Assembly: GCA_024626585.2 (NCBI GenBank)
Contig: JANKJI020000002.1
Coordinates: 234,423,055-234,439,445, forward strand
Source of the DNA: Ginkgo biloba
Taxonomy: Eukaryota > Plantae > Ginkgophyta
DNA length: 16,391 bases
Direction: 5' to 3'
Position numbers and translations under genes: made by a program. Under the pieces are notes generated by a model. It did not search any database and was not told where the DNA came from. It saw only the letters and a list, made by a program, of their open reading frames with translations. Shown here piece by piece: positions 1 through 10,014 of this stretch. The number at the start of each line of letters is the position of its first letter. Position 1 is the first letter of the stretch.

Positions 1-990
1 TTTATGTATTATTTCTATTCTATATTGTTACTGCGTGTACCATCATTATGGATTAATAAAAAAGTTTTAAATCTTAATTATGCTTGTTTATGCATGAATA
101 CAGGTTTGTTTACCCTAGAATTGTAGATTTATGACTCCTTACAGTAGGTTGCGCTTAGTTAATGGGATGTTTTGCATCATTTATGGTTGTTTTTGGACAT
201 GCATGGACATTAGGGTTTGATAAGTTATTCTTCTTCCTTGGTTGTTAGGTCTCAAACCCTAGAGTCTTGTCCTTATGGTGGCTTGTCTGGCAAGGAATCC
301 ATTGAGGGGATTAGTAGGCATAGGTTTAGCCATGCCTGTGCATTGGATGCACTATATCCGACTTGGGATTGTACAAGCCATAGCCCATAGTGAGTATTGT
401 ATGGCTTGGAGTCATAGGGCTACTGATAGTGATGGTGGGGCCAACCGGATTTTCGGTGCCATGGAGTGTGCTAGCACTCATAGTGGATTGTTCTTCTCAA
501 ACAACCTTGCTTTGATATTTGTTTTTGTGATGTGTTTTATTTGCCCACACTTATGTATACAGTCAATAAGCTTGTATGCATATACTATCAATGGTACGAG
601 CATCTCATTAGGTGATAACCCTCTTGCCGAAGAGGGGTTGAAAATTGACCCACACCTGGCACTCTACTTAGCTATAAGGGATAGAATCAAGAAGGGAGGT
701 TGCTTGGTGTTGATGGTTAGAATTTATGCATCAGAGGTTTGGTTGGTAGCTAAATAAGCCCCTTTAGTTGATCCTTGATGGCCAACAGTGATTACTAGTT
801 CATATTGCTAAGTCTACCTTTGCCCCTAATGGTCTATATTTTGTACTTCAGTACTTCATTACATAAATGAATATTTTCTTTATGCATTTGTACTCTAATG
901 ACTTATGCTTTTTGTAGCATTTAATATTTTAAGTGGCGGGACTATTATATTAAAAATGAAAAATGTTCAAGTGGGGTCATAGATATTACA
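1..990. mobile_element. Probable LTR or non-coding retrotransposon remnant
   Basis: No recognisable protein. Carries AAACCCTA/TAGGGTTT motifs and ends GTGGGGTCATAGATATTACA at 990, an LTR-like ..TTACA end just before integrase-derived sequence. No partner LTR or TSD is visible, so the call is inferred. Confidence 0.3.
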
Positions 991-1031
991 ATATGATAGT
1001 TAATGACCCAATGGATGATGTTAGTAGCTTG

Positions 1032-1262
1032 AAAGCAACAAATCTCTAGCATGATAAATTCTTAAAGAAGTAGAATATTCAAGTGGAGTCATATGAATTA
1101 CAACATGATGGAAATTTTGCATTCAAGGGCAAGTTAAAGATCGAATGGCTTCGATCAGTCACAGTGACACAAAATCACACGAATGGAGTTGTGCAAGTGT
1201 CTATCTTGGATAGCTCTCAACAAGGAGGAGTAGTAAAAGGATCCAAGTTGAAATTATATCAT
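1032..1262 (+). pseudogene. Ty3/Gypsy integrase C-terminal (GPY/F region) remnant
   Basis: Frame 3 reads KATNL*HDKFLKK*NIQVESYELQHDGNFAFKGKLKIEWLRSVTVTQNHTNGVVQVSILDSSQQGGVVKGSKLKLYH. This matches the Athila/Tat-type integrase tail WHD..K....GD.VL.YD....GKL...WLGP......NG.V.L..L.G.....VNGSRLKLY and the minus-strand copy at 1895-2115. Confidence 0.8.
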
Positions 1263-1449
1263 CTATTAGCAAATCCATACATGGATGCTTGGCAAATGAT
1301 AAATGATATTGTCATCCGATTAATCAGCATTGTATTTGTGCAAGATGAATCAATAACACTAGTGGCACAAAAGGCATGGCCAAGTATTCAATCTGCATTT
1401 TTGGATCATTTTCATTCGGGCATATATCTTGATGTGTGAAGACTCAAGC

Positions 1450-1660
1450 CGCCTCTATCCATGTTTAATTGACAATGGACATCATCTACACATCAACAAG
1501 GGGCAGCGTATGTGCTTCCTCAACAATAGCCTCTGTCCATACACCATGAGCAATGGNNNNNNNNNNCCATGCTCCATTAATGGATGTCACCCACACACCA
1601 TCAATGACAACTTGGGTATGTGCTCTGTCGATAGTAGCATCCATCCATTCAATGCCAACT
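1450..1660. repeat. Degenerate ~24-27 bp minisatellite
   Basis: Related units GCCTCTATCCATGTTTAATTGACAATG, GCCTCTGTCCATACACCATGAGCAATG, GTATGTGCTTCCTCAACAATAGC and GTATGTGCTCTGTCGATAGTAGC. A 10-N gap lies inside. Confidence 0.5.
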
Positions 1661-1894
1661 ATAAGTCCTCCAAAATTTTGTTTCTTTCAAAAAATCTTGA
1701 CTTTTATACCTATCCTTAAAATTCCACACAATGCCAACTCTTTTTTTGGTTCTAACATTATTTGCTACATCTACTTGGATTTTAATTGCACTNNNNNNNN
1801 NNNNNNNNNNNNNNNNNNNNNNNNNNNNNNNNNNNNNNNNNNNNNNNNNNNNNNNNNNNNNNNNNNNNNNNNNNNNNNNNNNNNNNNNNNNNCT

Positions 1895-3100
1895 TTAATC
1901 ATGGTAGAGATTGAGGCGACTTCCATTAACCAAGGTGATTGGCCATCAAACTACTTTAGTTATATTGAACCATTCTCATATACCTCCTCAATTACATAAG
2001 GACCAAGTCAAGGCATCTTCAACTTTTTGAGCTTAGTCCGAAATTTGCTATCATACAAGAATACCTTGTTAGCCTTCAAGAATGTAGGTACTCCAATGTG
2101 GTGATCGTGCCAAGCTTTCTAGTGCTTTCCTACCTCCAATATCCATAGGNNNNNNNNNNNNNNCACGTTGCTCTTCAAGGTATAACAATTGATGTAATCT
2201 CTTCGCAATAGATTCTTCTTCACTTAGCCTGCATTCGAAGGTGTTGCTAAGGCTAGGCTCCTTGAACTCAATGGGGATGTTGCTTCAAGATCATTAACTA
2301 GCTAAAATGGTGTCTCCCTAATTGCGCATTTATACGTTATGCAAGATGCTTGCGATGTTGAATGAATTTTTTTCGCCCAATCCATTCTTCCCACATCACA
2401 AACTTTCATCAAGGCCACTTTAAGGATTTATTCGAGCTTTTAGCTTGGTAGTTGAACCGCAAGTAGTATGGCATAGATTTGTGATGCGTAATCCATCTCA
2501 TCCGTTAATTCTTTTACAATTTCGTTATGAATCCTCTACCTTTGTCTCTCGTAAGTTGTAAAGGACAGTCAAACCTTGTAATAATCATCTCATATATAAA
2601 TCGCATAGTGGCGCAAATGTCATGTTCACAGACAGCGCGATATTCACACCATTTCATCATAAAATCCATCACTACTAGAATATAGTGTGTTCATGTCTAT
2701 CTTGTTGTAGGACTTATGGGCCCCACAAAATCAATGCCCCAATGTTCGAATGGCTCAATGGCTAGCATAGGATGTAGGGGTTGGTGCATTTATGAATTCA
2801 ACTTCCCTACTCCTTGACAAACATCACACTTCTTAATCCATTTCTCAATGTCATCAAATAATTTTGGCCACCATAGTTCTCCATGTAATATTTTTTAGGA
2901 TGTGGCATTGTTTTCCACATGTCCTCTAGTTGGATCTTCATGAACTTGATGAATTATGTTGTTCACTTCATGCGGTAATATACATTGTCAGACTACATGA
3001 TCGAATCCTAATCAACATAAGGCTCCACCAATTGTTTGATAATAAAGGGCCTTTCGTGCAAGATTCTTACATTCCAATTTATTCATTCTAGATAGTGCTT
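1895..3100 (-). pseudogene. Ty3/Gypsy integrase pseudogene (HHCC, DDE core, GPY tail)
   Basis: Reverse translation gives HEDPTRGH...WWPKLFDDIEKWIKKCDVCQ (HHCC), EPFEHWGIDFVGPI, ITRFDCPLQLTRDKG, HKSMPYYLRFNYQAKSSNK (catalytic E now K), KAWHDHH...LGPYVIEEVYENGSI...VNGSRLNLYHD, with the stop at 1895-1897. Many stops and frameshifts. Confidence 0.95.
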
Positions 3101-3226
3101 GATGTTAGCAGGAGATTTGAACCTAATGAAATAGGAGAATTTGATGAAACATTCACTAAATTGGTACCAGATGATGTGGTAGCCAAAAGAGTCAAAACAC
3201 CCAAAAGACTATGATCACAAGACCTT

Positions 3227-3306
3227 GATGACATGACAAAATCTGGGATAATGTGGCAAAGTCAATGATGACATGGCAAAGTTAATGTTGACATGACAAT
3301 AGCAAA
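3227..3306 (+). repeat. Four 20-bp tandem units (consensus GATGACATGGCAAAGTCAAT)
   Basis: Units start at 3227, 3247, 3267 and 3287. Confidence 0.8.
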
Positions 3307-3367
3307 AGGACGTCAGTTGATATTAATTACCAACTAACATTAACCCTAAAAAATTGAAGTCAATACT

Positions 3368-3575
3368 GGTAAAACCTAGCTAAAGTCGTTGGTCATAGAT
3401 AGTCAAAGATGGTTAGAGATGTAGAAGCAGAACAACATTTAATGCTAGCGGTTGTTGGTCAAACCTAGTCAAAGATGCAAAAAATGGGCAGTATTTAAAG
3501 CTAAGTCATTAGTCAAAGTGGTCAAAACTGACCTAAAGTTAACACGCATTAATAATGGTCAAAATCTAGTCAAAG
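3368..3575 (+). repeat. Dispersed GGTCAAA(C/A)CTAGTCAAAG motif cluster
   Basis: Copies GGTAAAACCTAGCTAAAG, GGTCATAGATAGTCAAAG, GGTCAAACCTAGTCAAAG and GGTCAAAATCTAGTCAAAG. Confidence 0.65.
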
Positions 3576-4468
3576 NNNNNNNNNNNNNNNNNNNNNNNNN
3601 NNNNNNNNNNNNNNNNNNNNNNNNNNNNNNNNNNNNNNNNNNNNNNNNNNNNNNNNNNNNNNNNNNNNNNNNNNNNNNNNNNNNNNNNNNNNNNNNNNNN
3701 NNNNNNNNNNNNNNNNNNNNNNNNNNNNNNNNNNNNNNNNNNNNNNNNNNNNNNNNNNNNNNNNNNNNNNNNNNNNNNNNNNNNNNNNNNNNNNNNNNNN
3801 NNNNNNNNNNNNNNNNNNNNNNNNNNNNNNNNNNNNNNNNNNNNNNNNNNNNNNNNNNNNNNNNNNNNNNNNNNNNNNNNNNNNNNNNNNNNNNNNNNNN
3901 NNNNNNNNNNNNNNNNNNNNNNNNNNNNNNNNNNNNNNNNNNNNNNNNNNNNNNNNNNNNNNNNNNNNNNNNNNNNNNNNNNNNNNNNNNNNNNNNNNNN
4001 NNNNNNNNNNNNNNNNNNNNNNNNNNNNNNNNNNNNNNNNNNNNNNNNNNNNNNNNNNNNNNNNNNNNNNNNNNNNNNNNNNNNNNNNNNNNNNNNNNNN
4101 NNNNNNNNNNNNNNNNNNNNNNNNNNNNNNNNNNNNNNNNNNNNNNNNNNNNNNNNNNNNNNNNNNNNNNNNNNNNNNNNNNNNNNNNNNNNNNNNNNNN
4201 NNNNNNNNNNNNNNNNNNNNNNNNNNNNNNNNNNNNNNNNNNNNNNNNNNNNNNNNNNNNNNNNNNNNNNNNNNNNNNNNNNNNNNNNNNNNNNNNNNNN
4301 NNNNNNNNNNNNNNNNNNNNNNNNNNNNNNNNNNNNNNNNNNNNNNNNNNNNNNNNNNNNNNNNNNNNNNNNNNNNNNNNNNNNNNNNNNNNNNNNNNNN
4401 NNNNNNNNNNNNNNNNNNNNNNNNNNNNNNNNNNNNNNNNNNNNNNNNNNNNNNNNNNNNNNNNNNNN

Positions 4469-5850
4469 AATGCCTGAACTTCTAAATAGCATAGACCGTC
4501 CCTAGCCCCTTTCTCTCTATGACAACATGGTTTTTCTCTATTGATGTTTTCTGTTGGCCAAATATAATGGGCGGTCAATATTTTGTTCTTTGATTTGTGT
4601 TAGAATACATCCAATCATAAACAAGTGTGTGCTTATGTGAATATGGAACATCTTGTTCGAATCCAAAAAGAGTAGGACAGAAGCATGCACAATCTTTCAC
4701 TTACGTGTGTCAAACTTCCTGTTGTTCATTAGTCCATTCCCATTTAGTTAATTTTTTTAGTAGTGCCTCAAGTGGAAAAGATATAAAGGCATAGCCTTTG
4801 ATAAATTCCAATAATATCTTATTAGGCCCAAGAATCCTTTCAATCATTTTGGTGCCAAGTAGATTTTCGAATAGGACTAGGAACTAGCACCAATCTAGAT
4901 TCAAACATAGGTTATGTTTCTAACACATTTCCAGAATTTCTCATAGATGGGCAAGGTGATCTTTAAGCACACTAGCATCTAGTCATTGAAAAAAAAACCT
5001 TGACTCTCTTCCCTATTGTGTCTTTGAAGATTTTGAATATCATGCACTAGAATGTGGCTAGGGTGTTGGTCAAACTAAATGGCATCACTCGATTTGTGCA
5101 TCTCCCCATTCCGTTGTGAAGGTTGTCTTAAGTTGGTCTTTAGGTGTGATACTAACTTGATTGTTCCCGTTGAACCCAACGATGAACAAATTCACTTCAT
5201 AACCTGCCAACTTATCTGACATGTCATTTGTGAACGAAATTGGAAACTCATCTTTGTTGGTACTTTATTTAATTCTCGATAATATATGTAAATCTGGATG
5301 TTCTTGTTCTTCTTCTTGGCTATCATGACGATGCTTACACATTCATTGATTTTAACTAGGTATCTGTTCCCCACATCCAACATCATGTCTAGTTCTACAC
5401 TGACTTGTTTTAAGACTTGGGATTGAGGTTGTAGGGGTATTGAAGAACCGGTTTTGCTCCTATTAACTCAATATTGTGTTGTCTAATTTCTGGCAAAATG
5501 ACCCTTAAGATTTGTATGACCATATCAATATGTCACGATATTCGAAAGATAGCATTATTGCTTGCGTGAGGGTAGTTTCATCCCAATAATCTCCCATAAT
5601 TTTTTTTTTTTTTTTTTTTTTGTTTCAACATGAGCCTCTCATGTTTTTAACTTCTCATTGTGAATCTTGGTGCCTTCTAATTTAGGGGGTGTCACAAGGT
5701 TTCATTGATGACCCATTCCTTGTAATTTAACTCACAATATCCAGCTAGGAGCAAGTTATGTGCCTCCTCTATTTCTTGATTTCCAGTGCTATTTGTATCG
5801 TGAGAGGGGTTTTCAATTGGCTTGGTGTCGATGTTATCTTCAGGTTAAAA
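4469..5850 (-). pseudogene. Ty3/Gypsy reverse transcriptase and RNase H pseudogene, plus protease-RT linker
   Basis: Reverse translation across frameshifts gives MGDYWDETT, HNIELIGAKPVLQYPYNLNP, YRELNKV..KDEFPISF, DQLKTTFTTEWG, VMPFSLTNTLATF*, VKVFFND (YxDD site), LKGFLGLIRYY..FIKGYA, WEWTNEQQE and RNase H GLGTVYAI*KFRH. Confidence 0.95.
5600..5621. repeat. Poly(T) run of 22 nt
   Basis: 22 consecutive T, lying inside the pol remnant just upstream of the GDYWDE motif. Confidence 0.95.
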
Positions 5851-6239
5851 CANNNNNNNNNNNNNNNNNNNNNNNNNNNNNNNNNNNNNNNNNNNNNNNN
5901 NNNNNNNNNNNNNNNNNNNNNNNNNNNNNNNNNNNNNNNNNNNNNNNNNNNNNNNNNNNNNNNNNNNNNNNNNNNNNNNNNNNNNNNNNNNNNNNNNNNN
6001 NNNNNNNNNNNNNNNNNNNNNNNNNNNNNNNNNNNNNNNNNNNNNNNNNNNNNNNNNNNNNNNNNNNNNNNNNNNNNNNNNNNNNNNNNNNNNNNNNNNN
6101 NNNNNNNNNNNNNNNNNNNNNNNNNNNNNNNNNNNNNNNNNNNNNNNNNNNNNNNNNNNNNNNNNNNNNNNNNNNNNNNNNNNNNNNNNNNNNNNNNNNN
6201 NNNNNNNNNNNNNNNNNNNNNNNNNNNNNNNNNNNNNTA

Positions 6240-8183
6240 AAAATATGCTCAATTCTAGGTCTTAAGCGAACCACTTTGATATTTCCATGTTTTTATCATC
6301 CTTCAGGTTAGCTAGCATAAGTGTTAGCGTCTCTACTATGGCTACCACATGTGCAATTATTGTTTCTTCGGGTGTTTCAGTTGGTTATGCAATCATGGTC
6401 TCCTTTGGTTAATTATAGTTGATACATTCAATCTCCTTTCCATCCTTTTTTGTTCATAGTCGTTCAGCTTCTTCGAGATTTGGGGACTCCTCATGTTCAG
6501 CGTTTGCCTCACGATTTGCTACTTCTACAACTTCCTTGACAATAAGGAAATAGTCTTTTTACTTTTGGGGCTTGAGAACATTAGTTTTGCCTATAGCTTA
6601 TTCTCGGTCTTCTTCCCTAACCTTATGCATACATTCACATCATATGTTTGTTTTTTGTCCAATGTTTGGCTTACTAACTTGACTCCCTTGTCCACAGTTT
6701 TTACCTACTACCCCTTTATTATTTAGCATATATAGGCAATCTTGAGAGATACGCCCCCACTCCAAGCAACACATGCAACATACTATAGGGTTTAGTCATT
6801 TCGATTTGCCCCCTGATGATTTGCATTGCAATTGCCATTACTATTGCCTTGGTAACCACCTCGATTGTTGTGTCTTTGTTATGGATTATTTTGCGAACTA
6901 TGGATTTTCAGTAACAATCCTTGGTGTCAGAAGTATCCTTTTTGCAAATTAAGCACCAAAGTTTGCCAGGGGTGTTATCTTGCTCTTCTGGAGCTACACA
7001 ATTGCTACTACTATTGTTACACTCCTCTACTCCAACACACGTCCTTTTGTAGACTCTTGTTTCTCCAATTTTAGTTTAGCAATTTTAGCTCGAAGTTTTT
7101 CAATCTCATCACTTTATTTAATCTTTGGTGTGATTTTATCATATTAAAACATGAATATGTCGCATGGTCTAGCAAAAAGTCTTCTAGCTACTAGTTGTGA
7201 TGTGGATTAGGTGTGTCCATACACATTTGCTTTTTGAATGCAAATGCCAAGTGCCACACTTGCTCATAACTCTCCATTATATAATGTCTTATTTTCTCCT
7301 AATAAGGAGGTACTGATTCATCTACAAAATAACTCATCTTTGCAACTAGCAAAACTATATTATGGCCTTCCAACTTGAAGGCTAGAACTTGTAATCTCCA
7401 ATCGTGATTTCGCATTGTTTCACCAAAATGTTGTTTAATTTCCTTCAATGCCTTGAGCACCATTGTTGGGGCATACAAAGTTTGGAATCGCTCTTGAAAA
7501 AGTTCGTGAATAACTATCCACAATTGATGAGTCACACATTATAACCATGATAAGGCTTGACTGTGAGAGTAGAAAAGAAGCTCCTCTTAATCTCCTGCTT
7601 ATCGTTTGCACGTCTTTGCATTGTGTTGTTGAGAAACAACACCAAATGTTCTAACAAGGTCATGGTGTATGTCCTATATGAGGTGTGATAATAAGTTATC
7701 TATGGGCAAGTACACAAGGGTGGGTCCTCTGTGGTGTCCACAACCACAATTGTTACATCTAGCTCCATTATGATATCCGATGGTATGGTGTCCACCGTTG
7801 AAGTTACTACCATGACCTCCTCCACTTAAGCTTCCTCCATTGTGACTATCATTGTGAAAGTTTCCCTCGTTATGATTTCCACAATTGTTGAAGTTTTTGT
7901 TATAATTACTGCCACTTGGATTAAAACAAATGTTGTTATTACAAATTTTTGCTATTGTTGAAGCTTCCACCATAATTTATGTTTCCACTATTGTTGTTGA
8001 AACTACTGCCAATGTTATTGGGATGGCCCCATATGTGTTGGAGCTTCCACAAAAATTACCACTAATATTGCCACCTTGGAAGTTGTTGTAGTCAAAATCT
8101 CTATTGAATTTTATAATTAAGACCTGTAATCTAGTCACCTTGCCTGATAGATTAGATTTGAACACTTCTTCAGAGAAAAACAT
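6240..8183 (-). pseudogene. Ty3/Gypsy gag pseudogene
   Basis: Retrotrans_gag-like core QALSWL..LWIVIHELFQERFQ...LKEIKQHFGETMRNHDWRLQVLAFKL...YFVDESVP at 7299-7560. Two CX2CX4(H)X4C knuckles with the His mutated: CLICKKDTSDTKDC (6914-6955) and CMCCLEWGRISQDC (6736-6777). G/N/H-rich N-terminus at 7674-8183. Confidence 0.85.
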
Positions 8184-8184
8184 T

Positions 8185-8777
8185 TGTTAGAAAGATGCTA
8201 TAATGATAGTAGCTTGGCCCCCGCTATGCAAAACACAACTACAATAGAAAATAATGTGAACTTGATAAAGTCTTTCCTTATGATGTGAAGAAAGAGAAAG
8301 TCAATCCTTCTTAACAATCCAAGATCACTAATAATAACAAGATAAGAATGACAAAATAAGATGATACACTATGATCAAATATTTCCCATACCTCTTGGGA
8401 TTTGACTCTAAGAGGTAGTTATATAATGAATCAATCCTTATGACCTTAATGATAGAAAGTAAACAATATGATAAAGGCTTACATAATGTCATGATCCTAA
8501 GCATACACAAAGGATTACAAAGAAAGGATATGTGTTTAACATGAATATAACTGAAACATAATAACTATTATTATGTATGGTTAAAGGCATGCATAAGGCT
8601 TATGTGGCAAAATACCATGTAAAGGCTATCTTCACCACCAATAAAGGAAACTTATTAGCTACCTTCATCTGCAATGAGGGTAGCCTAACCTTCATATTGC
8701 ATGTACTTAATTTACTTGCACATAAAGTGTAGGTAGTCCATTTATGTTTTATATGTAATTGGCTACCTGCAAAGAAG
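8185..8777 (-). mobile_element. Probable LTR 3' portion upstream of gag
   Basis: Minus strand ends ...TTTCTAACA at 8185, has a TATATAA box near 8420-8426 and a T-rich U5-like tract. No clear PBS follows. Confidence 0.5.
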
Positions 8778-10014
8778 NNNNNNNNNNNNNNNNNNNNNNN
8801 NNNNNNNNNNNNNNNNNNNNNNNNNNNNNNNNNNNNNNNNNNNNNNNNNNNNNNNNNNNNNNNNNNNNNNNNNNNNNCTCCTATTGCGCTCATTCATTGC
8901 GCTTCCTAACTTGGGTATTAGCTTGCCTTTCTCGGTGAATCCAGTAGGCTAACTTAGAGCACTAGCAATGTTGACTTAGTCATAAACCAGTCAACAAAAC
9001 TCTAAGTGACGAGACTAAGATAAAATAAATGATAAATACAACAATCAAATGAATGAGAAAGGCAGGATTGGTGCCAAGATGGAAATTTCTCTAAAAAGCA
9101 CAATTTCAGACTGCTCAATATTGGATGACTTATAAATGGTACAGACAAATGAAAAATTGACAAAACCTTTCAAATAAAGTTTCCAGTTATATATGTAATA
9201 AGTTTGTCTAATGCTGTGGTCTACAAAGTTGTAATTCGATCCACATTTTTATGTAGTAACAGAAAGCAAGGTTATTATGACTGAGGAATGCATCTTCCCA
9301 TGAACTCAAGTTCATAAGTATGATAGTATTCATTAATGATACAACCTGGCTTCAATACATTGCACTACAGATTTGTTGCTTGTGTGAAGTTTTCCCAATT
9401 TGTATATTGATTACTTAACACTCAGAATGTACTGAAACATCCCTCACAGAACATTTTTGGCTGGAATACGTCTCAAACCTGAAACTTGGCCTGAAGAGGA
9501 AACATCATTTTCACACAATCCCAATTAGTGAAATTGTACTTCACAATACTGAAAATATTTTGGTCCAAACAAGAGCACATTTCTAGTTAGTCTCTAATAA
9601 ATCACAGTAAGTATTGGTCTGATTATTTGGCTGGTTTGTGAGAGTGTATGTACATGCACAAAGTGATTGTCTATCATTCTTGTGATTTATGCCTGCACAT
9701 GATATGTATTTGATCATTGCAAACATCAAAGGGGTAAGATTTATGGCTTATAAAATTTGCATAGAATATATTTACAGGAAAAGCGCTTCTAAAAGTAAGG
9801 AAGTTTTGCATGTAAATGCAAAACTTTGAGAGTTTGTCATTTCCCAATCCAAGCATACGATAGTCAAAAACCACGTTTCACATTTCAGGCGAACTTAGAC
9901 TATTACTAAGTCTAACTAACATATCAGGCCATTAACCATGATAATCTTGTTGCTTTACTTATTGCTATTATTGTCAGTTTCTGACAAGAATAATGCATTA
10001 CTTATTGCTATTAC

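Larger units (their letters stand above)
3103..3575 (+). mobile_element. LTR-like insertion inside the Gypsy pol (runs into an N gap)
   Basis: Starts TGTTAGCAGGAGATT where integrase homology stops. Collinear similarity to the reverse complement of ~12040-12347: same terminus, GATGATGTGG(T/C)AGCC, and 22/30 identity between 3322-3351 and rc 12055-12084. Confidence 0.7.
1895..8777 (-). mobile_element. Degenerate non-chromoviral Ty3/Gypsy LTR retrotransposon (Athila/Tat-like)
   Basis: gag, RT, RH and INT lie in Gypsy order on one strand; protease is expected in gap 5853-6237; no chromodomain follows INT. Continuity across the N gaps is assumed. Confidence 0.75.

Noticed and set aside
722-740. 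TTATGCATCAGAGG as a tRNA-Met primer-binding site
   Set aside because: Several mismatches to TGGTATCAGAGC, no preceding CA terminus and no gag downstream.
275-757. 160-aa ORF
   Set aside because: No recognisable domain and it lies in LTR-like DNA; most likely a chance ORF.
3227-3306. Periodic repeats as a CRISPR-like array (also 11824-11990 and 12160-12262)
   Set aside because: Units are degenerate and contiguous, with no unique spacers and no cas genes, in a eukaryotic retroelement context.
3452-4578. Long ORFs of 308-341 aa, and similar ones at 5758-6311, 8600-8893, 13948-14263 and 15193-15375
   Set aside because: Their length comes from reading through N gaps.
8214-8230. Minus-strand CA-TAGCGGGGGCCAAG as LTR end plus PBS
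   Set aside because: I cannot match it to a tRNA 3' end; CTAACA at 8185 is the better terminus.
9444-9492. Possible minus-strand terminal exon QVSGLRRIPAKNVL* after CTCTTCAG
   Set aside because: Too short, no homology recognised and no linked upstream exon.
9975-10003. CAGTTTCTGACAAGAATAATGCATTACTT as a decayed QFADD motif of the LINE RT
   Set aside because: Needs several indels, whereas the LINE has none, and it sits inside a local AT-rich duplication.
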